Source: Alphaproteobacteria bacterium
GTDB taxonomy: Bacteria; Pseudomonadota; Alphaproteobacteria; MPNO01; UBA830
Assembly (NCBI GenBank): GCA_965243135.1
Contig: OZ251539.1
Span: 4,630,236 to 4,694,235 of the forward strand
Length of the DNA: 64,000 nucleotides
Direction: 5' to 3'
In this document: positions 19,601 to 29,579 of the stretch, in pieces
How positions within the stretch are numbered: the stretch's first letter is position 1
How the letters are laid out: every line of letters begins with the position of its first letter
Made by a program: the position numbers and the translations under genes
The notes under the pieces: model-generated
Seen by the model: only the letters and a program-made list of their open reading frames with translations
Databases searched by the model: none
Told to the model about the DNA's origin: nothing

Positions 19601-20371
19601 ATGACTTACATACCGGGCGATCCGGGCAGCAGGCTCAACGCGCGTTTCGAGAACGATCTGCTGGCGATCGCCGACACCAAGCTGGTGCTCGGCAACTGGT
19701 ACGCCGAATGCGTGATGAACGGTCGCTCGCTGCCCGACTTCGCGGCGATTCTGGGCATGTGCACCGCCAACTACGGACATACCCGCGCGATCTATCAGTA
19801 TCTCGCCGCCCACGGCCGCGACTACGTTCACCTCGAACGCGGGCGCGGGCCCGACGACATTCGTTCCATGAACCTTCTCGACGAAGCGCCCGCGAACTGG
19901 GAAGATTTCATCGTCAGCACATGGCTGGCCGAACTCGCGACCTGGATGTTGACGTCCGGGTTTCTCAAACAGCGAGACCGCGTCGTCGCCGGCTTCGCCA
20001 AGAAGATCGGCGAGGAAACCTACTTCCACCTCAAGTACGCGCATGGATGGTTTCGCGTCATCGGCGAAGGCGAGAAGGAAACCCGGCGATTTCAGGATTC
20101 CTACGCTCGCCGCTTTCCTTTGGCGCTGGAGTGGTTCGGCCCGGAGGAAGAGGATCCGGCGGCGGAGATGCGCGACGCGCCCATCTCCGAACTCCGGCAG
20201 GCGTTCGTCAAGCAGGCCGCCGAGGCCGGCGATCTGCTCGGAGCTTCCCTCGAACGGAACGCGGCCGTCCGGATTCCCGAGAGCTGGCGGACCGACGCCC
20301 GCCGGACCGGGCCGATGCCGGATCGGTTGTTCGAAGTCGTAAGGTTCAAGGATTCCGCGCTTGCCCATTGA
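19601..20371 (+). CDS. paaC: PaaC-like subunit of phenylacetyl-CoA epoxidase-type oxygenase
   Basis: 256-aa PaaC-like protein starting at the internal ATG MTYIPGDPGS with a GGGAGA RBS. The ORF-track upstream extension is rejected. Confidence 0.7.
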   Translation: MTYIPGDPGSRLNARFENDLLAIADTKLVLGNWYAECVMNGRSLPDFAAILGMCTANYGHTRAIYQYLAAHGRDYVHLERGRGPDDIRSMNLLDEAPANWEDFIVSTWLAELATWMLTSGFLKQRDRVVAGFAKKIGEETYFHLKYAHGWFRVIGEGEKETRRFQDSYARRFPLALEWFGPEEEDPAAEMRDAPISELRQAFVKQAAEAGDLLGASLERNAAVRIPESWRTDARRTGPMPDRLFEVVRFKDSALAH

Positions 20372-20594
20372 GGGCGTTTCCCGGCGCGGCGCGGCGCGGC
20401 GGCACCGGGAACTTCATTCGGACGATCCGGACTTCGGAAACGTAACCTGCCCGGATTGCGGCGGCGGCGATCTGGAAGTGATTTCCCTGTTCGGCGGCGC
20501 GGCGTCCGAGGTCATGTTCCGCTGCAATGCGTGCCGTTCCGCCTTCAACTGGATCAAGTGGGACGGACGGCTTCCGCCGACCGTCGGAGACTGA
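20361..20594 (+). CDS. zinc-ribbon protein resembling the C-terminal Cys4 segment of PaaD
   Basis: 77 aa with CPDCGG...FRCNACRSAF, which matches the PaaD C-terminal zinc ribbon. It overlaps the paaC end. Confidence 0.45.
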   Translation: MPIEGVSRRGAARRHRELHSDDPDFGNVTCPDCGGGDLEVISLFGGAASEVMFRCNACRSAFNWIKWDGRLPPTVGD

Positions 20595-20654
20595 GCGCCG
20601 CAGCGCGTCCGCCGCTCCCGGAAGCGCCCGCTCCCGGGCATGTTCTAGCCGAAC

Positions 20655-21368
20655 CTATTCCGCATGCGCTTCCTCGCGACGCAGCCACAACGGATTCTTC
20701 AATGTCGCAACGAACGCTTCATGGGCGGCCAACTCATCATCCGTAGGGGCGTGCGGGCGCGGCGGTCGGGCGATCGTCGCCTCCGGTTCGGCTTTCGCGG
20801 CTTCCGCCTTCGCAGAGCCCAGATCGAAACCGGGCTGGCGGCCTCCCCGCAACTCAAGATAAACGCTGGCCAGCAATTCCGCGTCAAGCAAGGCTCCATG
20901 CCTCTCGCGGACCGAAATGTCTATTCCGAAACGGCGGCATAAGGCGTCGAGGTTCGCAGGTGCTCCGGGAAACCGCCTTCTCGCCATCGACACCGTATCG
21001 GTCGCCCGGTCCGACGGGATCGGAGGCCGTCCGATTCTGTACAGTTCCTCGTTGAGAAAGCCGAGATCGAACGCAGCGTTGTGAATGACCAGCCGGGCGT
21101 CGCCGATAAACGAAAAGAAATCTTCGACGACGCCGTCGAAGGTCGGAAAGCCGGAAAGGAACTCAGCGCTCAGACCATGCACCTCGAACGCTTCGCGCGG
21201 AACGTCGCGTTGCGGATTTACGTACCGATGCCAAGTGTTTCCAGTCGCCACGTGATTGAATAGCTCGACGCAGCCGATTTCGACGAGGCGATGGCCGTCC
21301 TTCGGGTCAAGGCCGGTGGTTTCCGTGTCGAGGACGATTTCGCGCATTTCGGACGGCGCCTTCCGCAT
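20655..21368 (-). CDS. dnaQ: DNA polymerase III epsilon subunit (3'-5' exonuclease)
   Basis: Exo I motif IVLDTETTGL and DEDDh exonuclease domain. The start is taken at MRKAPSEMREIV. Confidence 0.85.
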   Translation of the reverse strand: MRKAPSEMREIVLDTETTGLDPKDGHRLVEIGCVELFNHVATGNTWHRYVNPQRDVPREAFEVHGLSAEFLSGFPTFDGVVEDFFSFIGDARLVIHNAAFDLGFLNEELYRIGRPPIPSDRATDTVSMARRRFPGAPANLDALCRRFGIDISVRERHGALLDAELLASVYLELRGGRQPGFDLGSAKAEAAKAEPEATIARPPRPHAPTDDELAAHEAFVATLKNPLWLRREEAHAE

Positions 21369-21984
21369 GGACGTTCGGCGGCCAGCGGCCTGCCGGGAGA
21401 GCTCGCGCAAACCTGACGACTCGGACGAGTCGACGCAAGGCATTTCGCTTGCCCGCGCCGCTCGGCACCACGAAATCCGCGCGGCGGCGTTTTTCGGCGT
21501 CGGAAAGCTGCCGCGCCAGAATTCCCCTGAATTTTTCGCCGGTCATGCCCGGCCGTCCCAGAACCCTGGCGGCCTGAACGAACGGAGGCGCGGACACCAC
21601 GACCGTAACGTCGCAGCGGGCATCGAGTCCGATCTCGAACAGAAGCGGCACGTCCAGCGCCGCGACGGGAACGCGCCGCGCGGCGCAACGTTTTAGAAAT
21701 CCGTCCTGAATCCCGCGCACCAAGGGGTGAACGATCGCCTCCAGCCGGGCAAGCGCTTCGTCGTCGCGGAACACGCGTTTGCCGAGCAGATTCCGATCGA
21801 CGGCTCCGGCCGCGACGACCCCGGGAAACGCCGCGGCAATCGCGGGAACTGCCGCTCCTCCCTTTCCCAGAACGCGATGAACTGCCGCATCGGAATCGTA
21901 GACGGGAACGCCTTCGCGAAGAAGCATGGCCGCCGCCGTCGACTTGCCCATGCCGACGGAACCGGTCAGGCCCAATACGATCAT
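21307..21984 (-). CDS. coaE: dephospho-CoA kinase
   Basis: N-terminal P-loop GLTGSVGMGKST, and the conserved aroE-coaE-dnaQ order. Confidence 0.85.
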   Translation of the reverse strand: MIVLGLTGSVGMGKSTAAAMLLREGVPVYDSDAAVHRVLGKGGAAVPAIAAAFPGVVAAGAVDRNLLGKRVFRDDEALARLEAIVHPLVRGIQDGFLKRCAARRVPVAALDVPLLFEIGLDARCDVTVVVSAPPFVQAARVLGRPGMTGEKFRGILARQLSDAEKRRRADFVVPSGAGKRNALRRLVRVVRFARALPAGRWPPNVHAEGAVRNARNRPRHGNHRP

Positions 21985-22832
21985 CGGTCCCGCAGATCCG
22001 CCAGGACGTGATTTCTCAGCGCCTGGTCGACCGCGGGATCCCGGCCGAACCAGGATCGGAATCCCGGCCTCGCCTGGTGCAGCAGCATGCCAAGTCCGTC
22101 GATCGTCGCGTTGCCGCGCGACCGGGCAGCTTTCAGCAGAGGCGTTTCCAAGGGCGCGTATACGATGTCGTAAACGATCGCGGCGGCGGAAAGCGAGGAG
22201 AGGTCCATCTCCAAAGCGGCGGCGCCCCGCATCCCGAGCGACGTAGCGTTAACAAGCAGTGCGGCGTCGTCCAGAATCTCCGTCCGGCTTCGCCACTGCG
22301 CGGCGCGAACCGGCTCCCCGAGTTCTCTTTCCAACGCCTCCGCGCGCTCGCGGGTCCGATTTATCACCCGAATGTCGAGCGCGCCGGCATCCTGAAGGCT
22401 CGCGACGATCGCCCGCGCAGCCCCGCCGGCGCCGATGACGACGGCAGGACCGCTCTCGGCGCGCCATTCCGGACAGCTCTCGGCAAGCGCTTCCATGAAG
22501 CCGAATCCGTCCGTATTTTCGCCATAGAGGGATCCATCGTCGCGCACGGTCACCGTATTGACGGCCTGCATTCGTTCCGCCCGGGAATCGACGGCGTTCA
22601 TGGACGCGAACGCCGCCTGCTTGTGAGGAACGGTAACGTTCACCCCTGCCATTCCCATGGCAGGCAACGCTCGCAATGCGTCGCCGATCCGATCGGGCGG
22701 TATGGATAGCGGAACGTAGACCCCGTCGATTTCGTACTTTTCGAGCCAGAAGTTATGGATTCGCGGCGAACGCGAATGCTTTACCGGCCAACCCGCGACC
22801 CCGGCAACGACGGCGGCTCCCGTAAAGTTCAT
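21981..22832 (-). CDS. aroE: shikimate dehydrogenase
   Basis: 283 aa starting at the internal Met MNFTGAAVVAG, with an ATGA overlap with maf. It has AroE substrate and NADP motifs. Confidence 0.85.
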   Translation of the reverse strand: MNFTGAAVVAGVAGWPVKHSRSPRIHNFWLEKYEIDGVYVPLSIPPDRIGDALRALPAMGMAGVNVTVPHKQAAFASMNAVDSRAERMQAVNTVTVRDDGSLYGENTDGFGFMEALAESCPEWRAESGPAVVIGAGGAARAIVASLQDAGALDIRVINRTRERAEALERELGEPVRAAQWRSRTEILDDAALLVNATSLGMRGAAALEMDLSSLSAAAIVYDIVYAPLETPLLKAARSRGNATIDGLGMLLHQARPGFRSWFGRDPAVDQALRNHVLADLRDR

Positions 22833-23440
22833 GCTGCGAGGATTCCGATCTGGCGCAGATATTCCAGCAACGGCAGCATAGGAAGCCCCATAACGGTAAA
22901 ATGACTTCCTTCGATCCGGCTGAAAAGCTGGACGCCGATTCCCTCTATTCTGTAGGCGCCCGGCCCGTTCAGAAAATCGTCCCCGATGGCGTCGAGATAG
23001 GATTCCAGAAAATCGTCGCTGACGCGGCGCATTTCGAGTTGCGCGCGATCCACCGCATGCCAAGTCCGCAGGCCATCCTTCACCGCGACCGCGCAGCTGA
23101 CGAGTTCGTGGCGCAGACCGCGAAGCGCCTTCAGTTGCGAAAGGGCATCCACCCTGTCGACCGGTTTGTCGTAGCGCCGGTCGCCGCACTGGAGAACCTG
23201 ATCCGCGCCTACGACCGTCAGACCCGGCCTCCGCCGCGATACTCCGACGGCCTTCGCTTCGGCAAGCACTTCGGCGATTCGGGCCGCGGACGCGCCTTCC
23301 TCCTCCAGACCAAGCTTGAATTCGCGCTCGTCGACCCTCGGCGCTTCGACGACGAACGACACGCCGCTCGCTCGCAACAAGCGCTGCCGCGTCGAGCTCG
23401 TCGATGCGAGAACGATTTCTTCGCTACCCGCCGGACTCAT
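22829..23440 (-). CDS. maf: Maf-like nucleoside triphosphate pyrophosphatase
   Basis: 203-aa Maf family protein (LASTSSTRQRLL, GADQV). Confidence 0.85.
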   Translation of the reverse strand: MSPAGSEEIVLASTSSTRQRLLRASGVSFVVEAPRVDEREFKLGLEEEGASAARIAEVLAEAKAVGVSRRRPGLTVVGADQVLQCGDRRYDKPVDRVDALSQLKALRGLRHELVSCAVAVKDGLRTWHAVDRAQLEMRRVSDDFLESYLDAIGDDFLNGPGAYRIEGIGVQLFSRIEGSHFTVMGLPMLPLLEYLRQIGILAA

Positions 23441-24377
23441 CGCCGCGTCCTGCCTGCAACTTCGTGTAAAGCTGGAATATCGCCGCGGCCGTTTCCTCGA
23501 TCGAGCGCCTCGTCACGTCGATCACCGGCCACGCGTTCCTCAGGAACACCCTTCTAGCATCCCTGATCTCGTTCTTCACGTTGCCCATGTCGACATACGC
23601 CGTCTTGGGATCCTGGCCAAGCATCAGAAGACGATTGCGCCGAATCTGGACGAGCCGATCCACCGAGGCCGTCAACCCGACTACCAGCGCGCCCCCGGAA
23701 TCGAACAGCTCGTCCGGCAGGGGCGAACCGGGAACGAACGGTATGTTCGCCGTCTTCAGCCCGTAATGGTTGGCGAGATAGATGGAGGTCGGAGTTTTCG
23801 ACGTTCGGGATACCCCGACGAGAACGAGATCGGCCTCCGAAAGGCTGTCGGCCGCCTGACCGTCATCATGCGCCATGACGTAATGAAGCGCATCGATCCG
23901 ATCGAAATAGTCGGAGTTCAGAATGTACTGGCCGCCAGGACGGTTGACGGTTTTCCGGTTGAAGTGTCCGGCGAAGACGTCGATGACCGGATCGAGCACC
24001 GACACGCAAGGAATGTTCAAACGCTGGCATTCCTCGCGAAGCTCGCGGCTCGTCAGAGCGCTGATCAACGTGAATATGACGATTCCCGGATTTTCGCGAA
24101 TGCCCTCGATCACGGGCTCGAGCTGGCCGGTGGAAAGAATCATCGGCCAAAGGTGCTCAATCGCGGCAACGCCTTCGAACTGGGCCAAGCAGGCGCGCAC
24201 GACGCCCTGAGTCGTTTCGCCCGTGGCGTCCGAAACCAAATGTATATGGAAAACCTCGCTCAAACCGATTCGCCCACAATTCCGCCGATTCGCTCCCGCA
24301 GCGGGGATAACCCCGTTCTCCCGCCGAAGCAGCCGAAATCCCTCCCGTTCATTCAATGGATGCTCAGAGGTTATCAT
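23424..24377 (-). CDS. pyruvate phosphate dikinase / PEP synthase regulatory protein (DUF299 kinase-pyrophosphorylase)
   Basis: HIHLVSDATGET N-terminal motif and a GVSRTSKTPTS P-loop. Confidence 0.8.
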   Translation of the reverse strand: MITSEHPLNEREGFRLLRRENGVIPAAGANRRNCGRIGLSEVFHIHLVSDATGETTQGVVRACLAQFEGVAAIEHLWPMILSTGQLEPVIEGIRENPGIVIFTLISALTSRELREECQRLNIPCVSVLDPVIDVFAGHFNRKTVNRPGGQYILNSDYFDRIDALHYVMAHDDGQAADSLSEADLVLVGVSRTSKTPTSIYLANHYGLKTANIPFVPGSPLPDELFDSGGALVVGLTASVDRLVQIRRNRLLMLGQDPKTAYVDMGNVKNEIRDARRVFLRNAWPVIDVTRRSIEETAAAIFQLYTKLQAGRGDESGG

Positions 24378-24628
24378 GGATTTCCAAGCAAGGCCACATG
24401 TAGCTGAAAAAAGGCGCCATGCACGGAATTCACAATTCCGCGGCTCCCTCTAAATTCAAACCCATAAACGATTTTTCCGCGTTATGCACATGAACTTCCG
24501 CCCGTATCGCTCCTGAATTGTTTCGTGGATTATCTGTGAACGGAATTTTATCCTCATATTTCATGCATCAATCTAGATCGAACGAATCTATAAATTATAA
24601 TTATTTAAATCAAATATATTGTTATTGA
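24378..24628. promoter_or_regulatory. strongly AT-rich divergent intergenic region, probably the hemE promoter
   Basis: About 250 nt including tctataaattataattatttaaatcaaatatattgttattgaatgg, which contrasts sharply with the GC-rich flanks. It lies between divergent genes. Confidence 0.5.
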
Positions 24629-25675
24629 ATGGAATTCTGCCATACTAGGCTCATGGACGTTCGCAAACCAACGATTGCCGCCTTGCTGGGACGGCGGGTG
24701 GATCCGCCTCCTGTCTGGTTGATGAGGCAGGCCGGCCGATACCTTCCGGAATATCTTCAGGTACGAAAACAAGTTCCGGAGTTCCTCGATCTTTGTTTCG
24801 ATCCTTTCAAAGCCGCGCAAGTGACGCTACAACCGATCGAAAGATTTAATTTCGATGCAGCCATTCTTTTTTCCGATATTTTGGTCGTTCCGTACGTTCT
24901 TGGACAAAAGGTGGAGTTTGCGGAAGGCCCCTGTCTCGATCCCGTGCGCGATGCCGCTGCGCTTGCGGCTCTGTCCGTCGATCTGACTCAAGACAGGTTT
25001 TCCCCGATCTACGAGACGATCGACAGGGTCAAGGAAAAATTATCGAGCGGCGTCGCTCTGGTCGGTTTCGCGGGCGCGCCATGGACGGTGGCTACCTATA
25101 TGGTCGAAGGAGGCGGCAGCCGGGATTACGTGAACGTGAAGCGGTGGGCTCTGGGCGACCCCTCCGGATTTCAGTCCTTGGTCGATCTTCTGGTCGACGT
25201 TACGGCGGATTACCTCAAGGGGCAGATCGCCGCCGGCGCGGATGCCGTCCAGCTATTCGACACTTGGGCGGGAGTCTTGCCGAAGTCGGCGTTCGACAGA
25301 TTCTGCGCCGCTCCCGTCCTCGATATTGCGCGGCAGGTGAAATCCGGGCATCCGGATACGCCGGTGGTGGTCTTTCTTCGCGGATCGGCCGTGAATTTGC
25401 CGGAGTTGGCGTCGGCTCCCGAGATTGACGCGATCGGAATCGACCATGCGGTCGATCCCGTTTGGGCGGCGAAGGAAATCCAGCCGCGAGCGGCGGTCCA
25501 GGGAAACCTCGATCCGGTTTTGCTGCTAGCCGGAGGTCCCGAACTGGAGCGCGGGGCGCGAGAGATCGTTGATTCGTTGTCCGGAGGAGCTCATGTCTTC
25601 AATCTGGGACATGGCATTCTGCCCCAGACGCCGGTGGAGCACGTCAAATTCTTGGTCGACCTGATCCGATCATGA
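24629..25675 (+). CDS. hemE: uroporphyrinogen decarboxylase
   Basis: PPVWLMRQAGRYLPEY signature. An alternative start is the ATG at 24653. Confidence 0.9.
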   Translation: MEFCHTRLMDVRKPTIAALLGRRVDPPPVWLMRQAGRYLPEYLQVRKQVPEFLDLCFDPFKAAQVTLQPIERFNFDAAILFSDILVVPYVLGQKVEFAEGPCLDPVRDAAALAALSVDLTQDRFSPIYETIDRVKEKLSSGVALVGFAGAPWTVATYMVEGGGSRDYVNVKRWALGDPSGFQSLVDLLVDVTADYLKGQIAAGADAVQLFDTWAGVLPKSAFDRFCAAPVLDIARQVKSGHPDTPVVVFLRGSAVNLPELASAPEIDAIGIDHAVDPVWAAKEIQPRAAVQGNLDPVLLLAGGPELERGAREIVDSLSGGAHVFNLGHGILPQTPVEHVKFLVDLIRS

Positions 25676-26691
25676 CCAGAATCGCGGTGGTCGTGTTCAA
25701 CCTCGGAGGCCCGGACTCGCTCGGAGCGGTTCGTCCATTTCTTAAAAATTTGTTTTCGGATCCGATGATCTTGCGCGTGCCCGGCGTTTTGCGCAAGGCG
25801 CTGGCAGCTCTGATTTCCCGGCGCCGCGCGCCCGTGGCTCGCGCAAATTACGAAAAAATCGGCGGTCGTTCGCCCATTCTTTCGGAAACTCGTAAGCAAG
25901 CCGTCGCGCTGCAGAACGCCTTGTCGGAAGAAAAGGAAACGTATCGCGTTTTCGTTTCCATGCGTTATTGGCATCCTTTTGCGGAAGAAACGGTCGCGGA
26001 AGTCGCTCGGTGGAAACCCGACCGCGTTTTGCTGCTTCCGCTCTATCCGCAGTTTTCCACCACGACGACGGAATCTTTCCTTCGCGTATGGAAGCGGGCT
26101 GAGCAAGGAAACGACTTCGATACGCATTTTGTCTGTTGCTGGCCCGATCTCGATGGCTTCGTCCGTTCCGTCGCGAGCGGCGTCGCAAGCGCCATCGAAC
26201 GGCTTCCTGCCGGAATTCGGTTTCGAGTGTTGTTCTCCGCGCACGGATTGCCGCAGAAATTCGTCGATGGCGGAGATCCTTACGAAGCGCAGATTCGCAG
26301 AAGCGTGGACGCGGTGGCGAGGAGATTGTCCCTTTGCGGTTCGGATTACGCGATCTGCTATCAGAGCCGGGTGGGAAGGATGGAGTGGTTGCGACCCTAC
26401 GCGGAAGACGAGATTCGGCGCGCGGGGGCGGAAGGCGTTGCCCTGGTCGTCGTTCCCATAGCCTTCGTCAGCGAACATTCGGAAACGCTCGTCGAACTCG
26501 ATATGGATTATGCCGAACTGGCCGCCTCTTCCGGCGTGCCCAGTTACGAGAGGGTAAGAACCGTCGGCGACGATCCGAGCTTCATAACGGATCTGGCGGA
26601 ACTGGTTCGAAGAACCGAATCCAGCGGCCCGGGCGGAAAGGCGTGCGACCCCGCTCTGTCCGAATGCCCCTGCCGGGGAAAAGCCGGTTGA
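25672..26691 (+). CDS. hemH: ferrochelatase
   Basis: 339-aa ferrochelatase family protein with an ATGA overlap with hemE. Confidence 0.9.
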   Translation: MTRIAVVVFNLGGPDSLGAVRPFLKNLFSDPMILRVPGVLRKALAALISRRRAPVARANYEKIGGRSPILSETRKQAVALQNALSEEKETYRVFVSMRYWHPFAEETVAEVARWKPDRVLLLPLYPQFSTTTTESFLRVWKRAEQGNDFDTHFVCCWPDLDGFVRSVASGVASAIERLPAGIRFRVLFSAHGLPQKFVDGGDPYEAQIRRSVDAVARRLSLCGSDYAICYQSRVGRMEWLRPYAEDEIRRAGAEGVALVVVPIAFVSEHSETLVELDMDYAELAASSGVPSYERVRTVGDDPSFITDLAELVRRTESSGPGGKACDPALSECPCRGKAG

Positions 26692-27125
26692 CCGATCTGT
26701 ATTTTTGGCTGAAGGCCTGTCACGTCGTCAGCGTGATCGCTTGGATGGCGGCCCTTCTCTATCTGCCGAGGCTTTACGCGTACCACGCAGACGCGGAGCC
26801 GGGGTCCGCCACGTCGGAAACGTTCAAGACCATGGAGCGCCGATTGCAGAAAGCGATCATGACGCCGGCCATGCTTGCGAGCGTCGCGTTCGGGGCGGCC
26901 TTGGCAGCGCTGCCGGGGGTAGTCGACTGGACCGCCGGATGGGTCTGGCTCAAGGTCGCCGCGCTTGCGGCCCTTTTTGCGTATCACGGTCTTCTGATGC
27001 GCTGGCGCGGGGATTTCGAGAAGGATGCCAATCCGCGCTCCTCGCGGTTTTACCGGATCGTCAACGAGGTTCCTGCGGCGCTGATGATCGTGATCGTGGT
27101 TTCGGCGGTCGCGAAGCCGTTCTGA
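26664..27125 (+). CDS. hemJ: protoporphyrinogen IX oxidase HemJ (UPF0093 membrane protein)
   Basis: LYFWLKACHVVSVIAWMAALLYLPRLYAYHA is typical of HemJ. It overlaps the hemH 3' end, and an alternative TTG at 26688 gives a TTGA overlap with the hemH stop. Confidence 0.75.
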   Translation: MPLPGKSRLTDLYFWLKACHVVSVIAWMAALLYLPRLYAYHADAEPGSATSETFKTMERRLQKAIMTPAMLASVAFGAALAALPGVVDWTAGWVWLKVAALAALFAYHGLLMRWRGDFEKDANPRSSRFYRIVNEVPAALMIVIVVSAVAKPF

Positions 27126-27288
27126 AAATCTGTGTACCGTCGCGAAATTCTTGCTTGACATGGCATCCGAAGATCTCCATATTGCGGAGACTAGCCGTCC
27201 GGCGAAATCCGCGTAAAGCCGACTTTTCCGCATGTCCGCAGCGCGGACGCGCAGTCTTTGCGTCACCCGCAACATTCCAGTCGACGCC
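27126..27288 (+). promoter_or_regulatory. rho leader region
   Basis: Untranslated stretch between the hemJ stop and the rho start codon. Rho genes commonly carry an autoregulatory leader. Confidence 0.3.
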
Positions 27289-28545
27289 ATGAATCTTCAA
27301 GAACTGAAAAAGAAGACGCCTGCCGACTTGATCGCGTATGCCGAGGAACTCGAAATCGAGAACGCCTCGAACCTGCGCAAGCAGGACATCATGTTCGCGA
27401 TCCTCAAGCAGCTTGCCGAAAACGACGTGTCTATCTTCGGCGACGGCGTTCTCGAAATTCTGCAGGACGGTTTCGGTTTCCTGCGTTCTCCGGAAGCGAA
27501 CTACCTTCCCGGGCCGGACGACATCTACGTGTCGCCGAATCAGATTCGCCGTTTCGGCCTCCGCACCGGCGATACGGTCGAAGGCGAAATAAGGGCGCCC
27601 CGAGACGGAGAGCGGTACTTCGCTCTTCTCAAGGTCGGTCAAATCAATTTCGACGGACCCGACAAGGTTCGCCATCGGATAAACTTCGACAACCTGACGC
27701 CTCTCTATCCCGACGAGAAGCTGGGACTCGAGTCGATGAACCCGGCGTCGAAGGACATGACGTCGCGCATCGTCGATCTGATCGCGCCGCTCGGCAAGGG
27801 CCAGCGAGCGCTGATCGTCGCGCCTCCGCGCACCGGCAAGACGATGATGCTGCAGGCCATCGCGGCCGCGATCACCTCGAACCACCCCGAAGTCTATCTG
27901 ATCGTGCTGCTGATCGACGAACGTCCGGAGGAAGTCACCGACATGCAGCGTTCGGTCGACGGCGAAGTGGTCAGTTCGACGTTCGACGAGCCCGCGCTGC
28001 GTCACGTGCAGGTTTCCGACATGGTGATCGAGAAGGCGAAGCGCCTCGTGGAGCACAAGCACGACGTCGTCATCCTGCTCGATTCGATCACGCGCCTGGC
28101 GCGCGCTTACAACACGGTGGTGCCGTCGTCCGGCAAGGTGTTGACCGGCGGCGTCGACGCGAACGCCCTTCAGCGCCCGAAACGTTTCTTCGGAGCGGCG
28201 CGCAATATCGAAGAGGGAGGATCGCTGACCATCATCGGCACCGCGTTGATCGATACGGGCTCGCGCATGGACGAGGTCATATTCGAAGAGTTCAAGGGCA
28301 CGGGCAATTCGGAGCTCGTGCTCGACAGGAAGCTGGCCGACAAGCGCACTTTTCCGGCGATGGACATCACGAAATCGGGCACCCGCAAAGAAGAGCTTCT
28401 GGTCGACAAGGGAGTGCTCGCCAAGATGTGGGTTCTGCGGCGGATCCTCACTCCGATGGGCGTCGTCGATTCGATGGAATTTCTGCTCGACAAGCTCAAG
28501 GGCACGAAGTCGAACACGGACTTCTTCGAAGCGATGAATCAGTAG
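27289..28545 (+). CDS. rho: transcription termination factor Rho
   Basis: Rho N-terminal domain [23 protein letters not shown] and a RecA-like ATPase with Walker A APPRTGKT. Confidence 0.9.
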   Translation: MNLQELKKKTPADLIAYAEELEIENASNLRKQDIMFAILKQLAENDVSIFGDGVLEILQDGFGFLRSPEANYLPGPDDIYVSPNQIRRFGLRTGDTVEGEIRAPRDGERYFALLKVGQINFDGPDKVRHRINFDNLTPLYPDEKLGLESMNPASKDMTSRIVDLIAPLGKGQRALIVAPPRTGKTMMLQAIAAAITSNHPEVYLIVLLIDERPEEVTDMQRSVDGEVVSSTFDEPALRHVQVSDMVIEKAKRLVEHKHDVVILLDSITRLARAYNTVVPSSGKVLTGGVDANALQRPKRFFGAARNIEEGGSLTIIGTALIDTGSRMDEVIFEEFKGTGNSELVLDRKLADKRTFPAMDITKSGTRKEELLVDKGVLAKMWVLRRILTPMGVVDSMEFLLDKLKGTKSNTDFFEAMNQ

Positions 28546-28577
28546 GTTCCGCGCCGGCGGCGCGAAATTCGGTCCGC

Positions 28578-29552
28578 TTACGGCTCCAGCACGATGGATC
28601 CCATGGTTTTGCGGTTGGCGAGGTCGCGATGGGCGCGCGACGCCTCCCGAAGCGAATATTTGTGATTCACCTGGACTTTCACGACGCCCGCCTTGATGAC
28701 CTTCATGACGTCGCCGGCCATTCTCTTTAGATCTTCGGGCGTTTTCGCGAAGTCGAAGAGCGTCGGCCGGGTCATCATCAACGATCCCTTTTGCGACAGG
28801 ATGGCCGGCTCCATCGGAGGAATGGGTCCGGACGCATTGCCAAACGTCACGAAGAGGCCCCGCGGCCGCAGACAGTCGAGGGAAGCCGGCCAGGTCGCCT
28901 TGCCTATGGAGTCGTACACCACGGGAAGCATCTCGCCCTTGGTGATTTTTCTTATCCGGTCGACGAAATTCTCGCGGGTGTAGATGATCGGGTAGTCGCA
29001 GCCGTGCGCTTTCGCGAGGCGCGCTTTCGCCGGCGAACTGACGGTGCCGATCACCGTAGCGCCGAGATGTTTGGCCCATTGGCAAAGGATCAGTCCGACT
29101 CCGCCGGCGGCGGCGTGGATCAAGATCGTGTCGCCCTTGCCGACCTTGTAGACTTGCCGGATCAGATACTGGACGGTCATGCCTTGCAGCATCATCGACG
29201 CCGCGACGTCGTCGGAGATTTCGCGCGGAACCTTGACCAGTTTGGCGGCCGGCATGTTCAGCACCTCCGCGTAACATCCCTTGCCGGCGGTGCCGGTCGC
29301 GACCCGGTCGCCGATGCGGAAGCCGGTAACGCCGGATCCGATCGCTTCGATTTCGCCGCACATCTCTCCGCCGGGCGTGAAGGGAGTCGGCATCGGATAG
29401 AGCCCCGAGCGCTGGTAGATGTCGATAAAGTTGACGCCTATGGCGCGGGTGCGCACCGTAACTTCGTCGTTTTTGGGTCGTCCGATCTCGATTTCCCGCC
29501 ATTTCATGGCGGAGGGAGGCCCTGGCTGTTCGACGAGAATTGATTTCGGCAT
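28578..29552 (-). CDS. qor: NADPH:quinone oxidoreductase (zinc-binding dehydrogenase family)
   Basis: 324-aa MDR/Qor-like protein with an AAAGGVG nucleotide-binding motif. Confidence 0.85.
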   Translation of the reverse strand: MPKSILVEQPGPPSAMKWREIEIGRPKNDEVTVRTRAIGVNFIDIYQRSGLYPMPTPFTPGGEMCGEIEAIGSGVTGFRIGDRVATGTAGKGCYAEVLNMPAAKLVKVPREISDDVAASMMLQGMTVQYLIRQVYKVGKGDTILIHAAAGGVGLILCQWAKHLGATVIGTVSSPAKARLAKAHGCDYPIIYTRENFVDRIRKITKGEMLPVVYDSIGKATWPASLDCLRPRGLFVTFGNASGPIPPMEPAILSQKGSLMMTRPTLFDFAKTPEDLKRMAGDVMKVIKAGVVKVQVNHKYSLREASRAHRDLANRKTMGSIVLEP

Positions 29553-29579
29553 GAGAAGTACCCTTTCTGGACTTGATCT

